Both the position numbers and the translations under genes were made by a program. The notes beneath the pieces are model-generated. The model saw only the letters and a list, made by a program, of their open reading frames with translations. It was not told where the DNA came from and did not search any database. DNA of 64,000 nucleotides from Clostridia bacterium (GTDB lineage Bacteria; Bacillota; Clostridia; Oscillospirales; Acutalibacteraceae), in contig JAFYLQ010000001.1 in assembly GCA_017550105.1 (NCBI GenBank), positions 34,566 through 98,565 on the forward strand. Direction: 5' to 3'. The first letter of the stretch is position 1; the number at the start of each line of letters is the position of its first letter. This document shows, one piece after another, positions 56,459 through 64,000 of this stretch.

Positions 56459-59400
56459 TTAATTGTTGTTTAAAAGCTCTGCGAATAATTCGTAGTCGGT
56501 TTCGTTAATTGTGCCGTCGTTGTTTAAGTCGCCTGCAATTGTCTGTAATTGGTTGAGCTCGGAAAGAGAGTTGATTACAAGCTCAATTTCCTGATAGTCT
56601 AAAACGTCGCAAACGCCGTCACCATTAACGTCTGATTTCACAACAAGGTAATAGGTCTCTAAAACTGTGCCGTATTTAGTAACCTTTATTTCGGCACCGG
56701 TGCCGTAATAACCGTTTTCGTCCTTGGTTATTTCAATTTCTGCACCGTTTACGGCTTCAATAATACCTGCAACGTCATCACAATTCAAAAGGTCTGTTAC
56801 GATAACGTTGCTGTTTTCTGCAAAGAGCTCGGCGTTCTTTAAGGCAACGTATTCAACGGATTCATCAACAAATACAAAGACCTCTTCGTTTGAAACGGTG
56901 TCTCTGTCCGTAGCGTTTGCCTCAACGCGATAGGTGTAAGGGATGTTCGCCTCAATTGTGTCGGTATATGCTAAGGTTGTACCTGCATCATAAGTCCAGA
57001 TGTACTCAAATTCTCCGTTACCTGCCTTGCGATAGAGAACGTAGCTTTCGGCAAATTCTGTAATCTCCCATGAAACGCGAACCTGAACCTTACCATCGTC
57101 GGTCTTTTCGGGGTTTTCTATTTTAAGACCTGTAACTGCACTGAGGGGAGCGGGGATATAAATTTCAACAAGCTCGGAGGTTGAGGTACCTCTTTCAGCG
57201 TCCTTTGAAACTGCCTTAACAGCGTAGTTGTAATAAACGTCAGTTAAAATATCAGTATCTGTATAGGAGTAGGCAGTTAAGCCCTCCTCTGCGGTAACGG
57301 TAGCAATTTCCGTCCACTCTGTTTCATTCTGATATTTTCTTAAAATAACGTATTCATCAGCGAATTCAACGCTGCCCCAAGTGATGGTTGCGTAGGGCTG
57401 ATTGTTGTTGAAATCCTTAACGTAGTCTGAAATTACAACCTCTGCAAGGGGCGGATAGGGGAATCTTGCACTTGCAGATTCGGTGTTTGCTATTTTACCT
57501 TCACCAACGGCAACAACTGTGTAGGTGTAGGTGGTTCCCTCATCAATTTCAATGTCTGTAAATGAGCCTGAAATTGCCTCGAGCAATACGGGTTCGCCGT
57601 CATTAACTGATTTATAAACCTCAAGAGCGGTAGCATCGGGACATTCAAAGTCAACCTTGACGTAAGCGTAATTTCCGTCGGTTGCAGGAACGTATTCTGC
57701 ATTCACTTTGATTTCAACAAAGTTTGCCATACCGTCACGGTACTGACTTTCGGTTTCATCAAATGTAGCTGAAACTGTGTAGTAGAAGGGCTCGGTTTTG
57801 CCTTCCTCGGTAACGTCAACATATTCGTTGGTTTCGCTTGTTCCGAGCACCTCGAAGGTGTCAGAGCCTTTTGCCTTGCGATAAATTGTGTAGAGGTCTG
57901 CGTTTTCAATTGCATCCCAGGTAAGCGCCGTGCCGTTTTCCGTAACGGTTACGGAGTTGAGTGTGGGAATAATAACCGCAATAGCGGACTGCAGGTTGTA
58001 GGTGCTGCTGTCACCTGTGTCATTAAATGAGCGAACCGCATATTCGTAAGTGATACCGCATTCAACTGTATAGTCAAGGTAGGTGGTTTCGGTTATGCCC
58101 GAAGCAAGTACGGTCCATGAGCCGCCGGGAAGTCTTCTGTAAACGTTGTACTTTGTGGCACCCTTTATTGCCTTCCAGGTTGTTTCGATACAAAGTGAGC
58201 CGTCATCGGTTACAATCTGTTGTGAGGTAAAGTTGGGCTTGCCGAGGCATATTCCTTTTGTTCCTGCAGAGTAATAGCTGCTGAAAACGTTATTTGCATC
58301 AAAGGCACGTACTGTATAGGTGTAGGAATACCCGCTTGCTTTTTTACAACCGTCGTTGTATTTAACGGTGCTTCCGCTTTTTATGGTAGCTATATGAGTC
58401 CATTCTGAGGCATCGTTAATTTTGCGGTATACTCTGTAGCCCGTAGCACCGGGAACCTTGGACCATTGAACCTTTGCACGGTAGCTTGAATCGAAGGTAA
58501 CGGGTTCAAGCTTGGGTGCTTCAAGATACTTTGCAGTAATACCTGTGCCGTTAAAAGCACCTGCGTTTGTATCTGAAAAGGCTTTAACTGTGTAGGTGTA
58601 GGTTTTTCCTGAAACTGTATCCTTGTCCACGAAGGATTTATTTGTGGTAGTACCGATATTTGTCCAGCTTGAACCGTTTTTGCGGTAAACTGCGTATTTT
58701 GTTACGTTGGGGTTGTCGCACTTCCATTGGATTTTTAAACCGTTAACCGTAGCGGCAACTTTTGTGAGTGTGGGTGCGGGAATATAGTCAAAATCAACAC
58801 CGTCAGAATTATAGGAGCTTGTGGATTTGCCACTGAACGCCTTTACGGTGTAGGTGTATTTCCAGTCGTCGCTTTTAGCGGCTTTGTCTGTGTAGGACGT
58901 TGTTTTGCCGTTTTTAATGGTGGCAATTTTTGCCCATTCGTAATCGCTTAAGGAACCACCCTTACGATAAACGTAGTAGCCCTCGGCACCACTTATTGCC
59001 TTCCAACTGATTTTTGCATTACCTGCGGCACCCGTGCCGTTCACGGAAATTACAGGAGTAGCAAGGTACTTGATTGTAAGACCCGTTTTGTTATAACGGC
59101 TTACGAATTTTCCCTCGGCACACTTAACGGTGTAGGTGTAGGAGGTACCGCTTTTTGCAGTTTTGTCGGTGTAGGTTTTGGACTTAGCACCGAGCGTTGC
59201 AATACGTGTCCACGACTTATCACCGGATGCTTTTCTGTAAACGTAGTATTCGGTAGCAGTTGAAAAGGGTGTCCAGGTGATTTTAGGACCTGAAACGGTG
59301 TTTGCTATTGATTTAAGCTCAACAGTCTTTTTGCTGATACGGTCCACGTTGATGGTAAAGGTTTTAAGTGAAGACGTATCTATTGACTTTTCGCCCTCAA

Positions 59401-59803
59401 CCTCAATATAGGTGTAGCACCTGCCGTAGTAAGTACCGCTGGGTAAGGTTTTGAATTCCCATGTGACTGTAAGGGGAGTGTTGCCTGCGGTGGTGCTATA
59501 GTTTTTAGAATAACTTCGGATCTGACTCTGATAGTTTTTGTCCGAATATATTTCCACGGCAAAGAATGAATTTTTCTTACCCTTGCTTAATTGCATAAAG
59601 TAAAGCTTATCCTTATCCCCGTAAAGATTATAGGTAAATTTCTGTGCTTCAAGCTTTTCGTCGGTGGGAACTATTTCACCGTAAGCCAGGTTGTAGTTTT
59701 TGAAGGCATCTACCGCATTGGCAACAACGGCGAAGGAGCCTAAAACAACCATAACAACAAGAAGCGAAAGCAAAGCTTTTGTTGTAAAACGAGTTTTGTT
59801 CAT
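56459..59803 (-). CDS. Secreted multi-repeat (FN3-like x about 9) protein with a C-terminal dockerin
   Basis: 1114 aa. Signal peptide, then roughly 85-95-aa repeats with the Y.VYRK...W...Y.D....Y.Y.V pattern. The C-terminus has DVNGDGVCDVLD...DLNNDGTINETD. Confidence 0.85.
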   Translation of the reverse strand: MNKTRFTTKALLSLLVVMVVLGSFAVVANAVDAFKNYNLAYGEIVPTDEKLEAQKFTYNLYGDKDKLYFMQLSKGKKNSFFAVEIYSDKNYQSQIRSYSKNYSTTAGNTPLTVTWEFKTLPSGTYYGRCYTYIEVEGEKSIDTSSLKTFTINVDRISKKTVELKSIANTVSGPKITWTPFSTATEYYVYRKASGDKSWTRIATLGAKSKTYTDKTAKSGTSYTYTVKCAEGKFVSRYNKTGLTIKYLATPVISVNGTGAAGNAKISWKAISGAEGYYVYRKGGSLSDYEWAKIATIKNGKTTSYTDKAAKSDDWKYTYTVKAFSGKSTSSYNSDGVDFDYIPAPTLTKVAATVNGLKIQWKCDNPNVTKYAVYRKNGSSWTNIGTTTNKSFVDKDTVSGKTYTYTVKAFSDTNAGAFNGTGITAKYLEAPKLEPVTFDSSYRAKVQWSKVPGATGYRVYRKINDASEWTHIATIKSGSTVKYNDGCKKASGYSYTYTVRAFDANNVFSSYYSAGTKGICLGKPNFTSQQIVTDDGSLCIETTWKAIKGATKYNVYRRLPGGSWTVLASGITETTYLDYTVECGITYEYAVRSFNDTGDSSTYNLQSAIAVIIPTLNSVTVTENGTALTWDAIENADLYTIYRKAKGSDTFEVLGTSETNEYVDVTEEGKTEPFYYTVSATFDETESQYRDGMANFVEIKVNAEYVPATDGNYAYVKVDFECPDATALEVYKSVNDGEPVLLEAISGSFTDIEIDEGTTYTYTVVAVGEGKIANTESASARFPYPPLAEVVISDYVKDFNNNQPYATITWGSVEFADEYVILRKYQNETEWTEIATVTAEEGLTAYSYTDTDILTDVYYNYAVKAVSKDAERGTSTSELVEIYIPAPLSAVTGLKIENPEKTDDGKVQVRVSWEITEFAESYVLYRKAGNGEFEYIWTYDAGTTLAYTDTIEANIPYTYRVEANATDRDTVSNEEVFVFVDESVEYVALKNAELFAENSNVIVTDLLNCDDVAGIIEAVNGAEIEITKDENGYYGTGAEIKVTKYGTVLETYYLVVKSDVNGDGVCDVLDYQEIELVINSLSELNQLQTIAGDLNNDGTINETDYELFAELLNNN

Positions 59804-60072
59804 TAAAAAACCTCCTGTGACAAAATACAGTTATACCAATACATTATATAATATCGGAAATGGGATTTCAATATTAATTTAATAAATATAAATGTCGAAA
59901 AAATGTACGTAAAGTAAACAAATTTTAAATAAATTCCCCAATGCTTGACTCTTACGGCACACATATAATAAAATTTATAAACACTTACCAAAAAAATCAG
60001 GGTATTTTTGGGAGGGGTTCTTGTTGCATTTTTCGGGCAAAGGTGTTATCATATACGTGATTATGGAGAATT

Positions 60073-60753
60073 ATGTTCAAGAGGTGTGTAATGACGGGTT
60101 CCAACACTCAGCTTTATAAGGCTGCCTTCGAAAAATTACCTGTTGAAAAACAGAACAGAATCCTCACAGTTGCAAGGAGCGAGTTTGCCGACAACGGCTT
60201 CGAAAATACCTCGATTCAGCAGATTGCAAAGAAGTCGGGTATAAGCGTTGGTGCGGTGTACAAGTACTTTGAAAACAAAGAGGCTCTTTTCACGGCAGTG
60301 GTTCAGGAGGGGTTATCCTCTCTGGAGAATTTCTTGTTGGAAATGTCATCCTCTGAGGACGATATACTTCTCAAAGCCGAAAAGATTATACGCGAGTTAC
60401 TTGCCTATTCCCGAAAGCACCCCGAGATAATAAAAATTTACTGTTCTCTCACAACGGGTGGCAATACGGAGTTTTTAAACGAGCTTTCCCAACGTATTGA
60501 GGCGGTTTCTGCTTCAATTTACACCCGAGCCATAAGTGTGGCGCAGGAAACGGGCGAGGTTCGTAAGGACGTGAACCCTGCGTTTTTCGCATTTTTGCTT
60601 GACAGTATATTAATGATGCTACAGTTTTCTGCTGTGTGCCCCTATTATCAGGAACGATTCTTTATCTACACCGGTCAGCAGGCTCCGGAAAGTGACGAGC
60701 AGATTGTCGAACAGACCTTGATGTTCTTAAAAGCCGCATTCAATTTTAAATAA
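60073..60753 (+). CDS. TetR/AcrR family transcriptional regulator
   Basis: N-terminal HTH FENTSIQQIAKKSGISVGAVYKYFENKEALF. The alternative start at 60091 is possible. Confidence 0.85.
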   Translation: MFKRCVMTGSNTQLYKAAFEKLPVEKQNRILTVARSEFADNGFENTSIQQIAKKSGISVGAVYKYFENKEALFTAVVQEGLSSLENFLLEMSSSEDDILLKAEKIIRELLAYSRKHPEIIKIYCSLTTGGNTEFLNELSQRIEAVSASIYTRAISVAQETGEVRKDVNPAFFAFLLDSILMMLQFSAVCPYYQERFFIYTGQQAPESDEQIVEQTLMFLKAAFNFK

Positions 60754-60775
60754 CAGTCCCATTAGTAAAGGAAAG

Positions 60776-61828
60776 GTGACAATATTGAAAAAGTTATTAT
60801 CAATAATTCTCGTGCTGAGTATTGTTATGGGCGCCTTCGTGATATCCGTTTCTGCGGGTGACGAGGCTCTTACCGATGGCGAAAAAAGTCTGATGAAAAT
60901 TCAGCTTATTGACGCAAACGGTGACGGCGCATATACCACAAACGATGCGGCGGCGTTTCTTAAGGCGGCGGCAGGTATAACTGCAGATGCCAACGATGCT
61001 AAGTACGACCTTGATTTTGACGGCGTGGTATCCGTTTCGGATGCTCAGCAGGCACTCAGAATAGTTTCGGGTATTGCACCCGTGCTTAACGAGGCAGAGA
61101 CCCTTGCGCTTTTCAACGAAAAGGTTAACAGTGTTAAAACCGTTCGTCCCGGTTTCCAGAAAACCGAGACAATACAGTGTCCCTCAGTTAAGGTTACCAC
61201 AACAGGTGCACCCCTCAGTTCCTTGAACGTTTCAAATATGGAGTTCAATCAGTACGTTGACAAGGTAGTGGGCTTGTTAGGCTCATTTATGGACTCAAGT
61301 CAGCTCAATGAAATGAAGCAGCAGGCTAAGGATATTTATTTGCCCCAGACTGCAACCAAAACCGTTGCGGCTCGTTCAAACAGCCACTATTCATATTTCC
61401 CCGTAAATAACCTTGGTTGGTCAAGTAAGCTTACTGTTAATGATATCACCGGTACAACCTTTAAGGTTGAGGGCAGCAATGTTGTTTGCACCATAAACTT
61501 GGGTGAATACACATACATTGGTGATGAATACCCCACAGGCTCAAGCGGATTCTCCAAAAGACAGAGTCTTCCTTATGGCAAGGTTTTCAACATTCCTTCC
61601 TTAGATGAAAGTGACGGCTCGGTTGTTAATAAGGTTCAGTTCAAGAACGGCAAAATTGTGCTTAAGGCAGATTTAGCAACGGGCGACGTGCTTTCTGTTG
61701 ATTACAGCTACACTTATATTTGCAACATTAAGAGCGCTCCTCAGGAAGAAAGCAGTATGGTTATGACAACATCAACAACGGCAAATATTACAGATAATTA
61801 CGTTATGAATAGGGTTACGGTGGATTAA
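60776..61828 (+). CDS. Secreted protein with an N-terminal dockerin and an uncharacterised C-terminal domain
   Basis: Signal peptide followed by DANGDGAYTTND...DLDFDGVVSVSD. The true start may be the TTG at 60785. Confidence 0.7.
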   Translation: MTILKKLLSIILVLSIVMGAFVISVSAGDEALTDGEKSLMKIQLIDANGDGAYTTNDAAAFLKAAAGITADANDAKYDLDFDGVVSVSDAQQALRIVSGIAPVLNEAETLALFNEKVNSVKTVRPGFQKTETIQCPSVKVTTTGAPLSSLNVSNMEFNQYVDKVVGLLGSFMDSSQLNEMKQQAKDIYLPQTATKTVAARSNSHYSYFPVNNLGWSSKLTVNDITGTTFKVEGSNVVCTINLGEYTYIGDEYPTGSSGFSKRQSLPYGKVFNIPSLDESDGSVVNKVQFKNGKIVLKADLATGDVLSVDYSYTYICNIKSAPQEESSMVMTTSTTANITDNYVMNRVTVD

Positions 61829-61829
61829 T

Positions 61830-62324
61830 ATGGCAAAAGTTAAGGTTACGATGGAAAACGGCGGCACTTTCACAATTGAGCTTTGCCCCGAGCAGGCACC
61901 CATCACCTGCGAAAACTTCTTAAAGCTTGTAAACGAAGGCTTTTATAACGGTCTTACCTTCCACAGAGTTATTGAAAACTTTATGGCTCAGGGCGGTGAC
62001 CCCGAGGGCACAGGCTGTGGCGGTAGCGACGAAAATATTAAGGGCGAATTTGCAATGAACGGCGTTATGAACACCCTTTCACACACGCGCGGCGTTATTT
62101 CAATGGCGCGCTCACAGAATCCTAACTCCGCAAGCAGTCAGTTCTTTATCTGCTACGGTGACTGCACCTTCCTTGACGGTCAGTATGCGGCATTCGGTAA
62201 AGTAATCGAGGGTATGGAAACAGTGGATGATTTCCTTAAAATCGACCGCAGAATGAGCTTCGGCGGCGAGCACTCAACCCCCGTTGAACCCATAGTAATG
62301 AAAACCGTTGAGGTTATTGAATAA
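61830..62324 (+). CDS. Peptidyl-prolyl cis-trans isomerase, cyclophilin type
   Basis: 164 aa with FHRVIENFMAQGGDP and SQFFI motifs. Confidence 0.92.
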   Translation: MAKVKVTMENGGTFTIELCPEQAPITCENFLKLVNEGFYNGLTFHRVIENFMAQGGDPEGTGCGGSDENIKGEFAMNGVMNTLSHTRGVISMARSQNPNSASSQFFICYGDCTFLDGQYAAFGKVIEGMETVDDFLKIDRRMSFGGEHSTPVEPIVMKTVEVIE

Positions 62325-62350
62325 GGATAAAATTTAAAGGAGATATAAAA

Positions 62351-63982
62351 ATGAAAAAAGAAAAGGGAATGTTCCTGCATAACCTGTTCGGAACTAAACC
62401 TGGTGAGGGCGTTCAGCCTAAGGAAGCTATAGCTTACAGTATCACCGGTATAGGTCAGAACTTTATTTGTACAATTGTAGGTTCATACATAGCAGTCTTT
62501 ATGACTGATGCACTTCTTTTTGGTGCAGATGGTGTAAAAGTCGGATTTTTAGACGGTGCAAAAGCTGTTGCTGTGCTTATGCTTGTTGCTCGTATTTTCG
62601 ATGCCTTCAACGACCCGATTATGGGTTCATTTGTTGACAAAACCCGTACAAAATGGGGTAAATGTCGTCCCTACCTTAAGTGGATGGCTGTTCCCATTGG
62701 TGTTATGACAATTCTCTGCTTCCTTCCTTTATTCAAAGCAGATAATATCGCAAAGGGCATTGGTGTAAATTCAGCGTTCGCTATTATTTCAATAATTTAC
62801 GTTATTTGGAGCGTTGTATATACAGTTGCTGACGTTCCTTATTGGGGACTTTCAACCTGTATGACAAATAATACGGAAACACGTAGTAACATTCTTACTG
62901 TTGCACGTATGGCTTGTACCGTTGGTGCAGGTGCAGTTACTGTTTTCCTTCCTATAATTACAGGTGCGCTTACAAAACAGTATAAATACGTCGGTCCTGT
63001 TCTTGACGAAGCAAAAAATGTTGTAGAATATAATGATTATTATGAAATTCTTGCGGCAAAAGCTGACGCTATACAGAATATGATGGCACAGGGTTATCTG
63101 GAAAGCGAAGCTGTTGCTACCTTCAACGGAACTGTTATACAGGGTCTTGAAGCTGCCAATGCAGATGTTCTTAAATGGACATACTTCATTGCCGCTGTAG
63201 TACTTGTAGTTGCAGCACTTCCCATGTTCTTCTACGGCTTCAAAAATACAAAAGAGCATTTCACAACAACCGATACACCCCCCAGCTTTAGTCACAACAT
63301 TAAGCTCCTTTTCAAGAACAAAGAGCTTCTTCTTATTGTTCTTTCAGGTATCCTTGGCGGTGCAAGAATGGTTTATTCATACACCGGTGGTCTTTATTTT
63401 GCAAAGTATATTCTTAAAAATGAGGGTATGTACAGTACAATCACTCTTCTGGTTGTTCCCGGTGGACTTATCGCATCACTTCTTGTTCCTTGGATGGCAA
63501 AGAAATTCACAAAGAAGTGGTCATACATCATCGTTCACCTTTTCGGTGGCGTTGTAATGCTTGCAATGTTCTTTGTTGGTTATGAGAGTACAGGTGCACT
63601 TATATTCGCAGCAATCGGTCTTGTGCTTCTTGGTATTCCTCAGGGTGTTAACAACATTATCACCTACGCTATGATTGGTGACACTGTTGACTACCTCGAG
63701 TGGAAAACAGGTGAGCGTGGCGAGGGTATCTGCTACGCTATGCAGACACTTATTAACAAAATCGGTATGGCAGTTGGCGCCTTCATCGGCGTTATGTCAC
63801 TTAGTATTGCAAACATCAATACCAAAACATACGAGGTTGGTGACCCCGACAAGCTTTGGGCAGTTCTTGTTATTTCAGGTGCTGTAAGTATGTTTGCTTG
63901 TGCTGTTCCTATGTTCTTCTACACAATTACAGAAAAACGTCAGGCACAGATGGTAGCCGAAATCGAAGCAAGAAAAGAATAA
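62351..63982 (+). CDS. GPH-family (glycoside-pentoside-hexuronide) cation symporter-like MFS transporter
   Basis: 543 aa with RIFDAFNDPIMGSFVDKT..KWGKCRPY motif, 12 TM spans, and a central insertion of about 70 aa. Confidence 0.8.
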   Translation: MKKEKGMFLHNLFGTKPGEGVQPKEAIAYSITGIGQNFICTIVGSYIAVFMTDALLFGADGVKVGFLDGAKAVAVLMLVARIFDAFNDPIMGSFVDKTRTKWGKCRPYLKWMAVPIGVMTILCFLPLFKADNIAKGIGVNSAFAIISIIYVIWSVVYTVADVPYWGLSTCMTNNTETRSNILTVARMACTVGAGAVTVFLPIITGALTKQYKYVGPVLDEAKNVVEYNDYYEILAAKADAIQNMMAQGYLESEAVATFNGTVIQGLEAANADVLKWTYFIAAVVLVVAALPMFFYGFKNTKEHFTTTDTPPSFSHNIKLLFKNKELLLIVLSGILGGARMVYSYTGGLYFAKYILKNEGMYSTITLLVVPGGLIASLLVPWMAKKFTKKWSYIIVHLFGGVVMLAMFFVGYESTGALIFAAIGLVLLGIPQGVNNIITYAMIGDTVDYLEWKTGERGEGICYAMQTLINKIGMAVGAFIGVMSLSIANINTKTYEVGDPDKLWAVLVISGAVSMFACAVPMFFYTITEKRQAQMVAEIEARKE

Positions 63983-64000
63983 AAACAGCAAAAAACCCCC

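Noticed and set aside
177-63982. Many 60-160-aa ORFs nested within or antisense to the large genes (for example 182..562, 7088..7513, 19994..20470, 43261..43743 and 62852..63295)
   Set aside because: They overlap strongly supported CDSs. Their compositions are typical of off-frame or antisense translation, with no RBS and no recognisable motifs.

Overview
This looks like a chromosomal segment of a low-to-mid-GC Firmicute of the class Clostridia. The dockerin-bearing secreted proteins suggest a Ruminococcus-like Oscillospiraceae member, but I cannot confirm that without a database search. Most of the window is housekeeping or carbohydrate metabolism:
- a MarR regulator with two heterodimeric ABC exporter genes;
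- the glycogen operon glgB-glgC-glgD-glgA;
- a nucleoside-salvage operon (deoD-deoB-cdd-pdp);
- GH31 and GH43 enzymes and MFS/GPH sugar transporters;
- rsmG followed by a noc-like ParB gene;
- a YgiQ radical-SAM protein, Ogg, an AlkD-like protein and cyclophilin;
- a cobalamin riboswitch upstream of a DUF4430 lipoprotein and an ECF S-component.

The accessory content is more interesting.
1. Two paralogous PF05635-type (23S rRNA intervening-sequence / Avd-like) four-helix-bundle genes each sit inside mirrored arrays of 7-9 nt words separated by GC-closed mini-hairpins. Each gene is bracketed by long perfect direct repeats. The layout resembles an rRNA intervening sequence but lies in mRNA leaders.
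2. A 2250-aa secreted RHS/YD-repeat polymorphic toxin has an AT-rich C-terminal module and a membrane-anchored candidate immunity gene.
3. There are several inverted-repeat (MITE-like) elements.
4. A 775-bp ORF-free, hairpin-dense region follows noc.
5. An identical 19-bp palindrome occurs at two promoter regions.

I found no rRNA, tRNA, CRISPR array, transposase or integrase. All protein calls rest on motif recognition in the supplied translations, not on searches.
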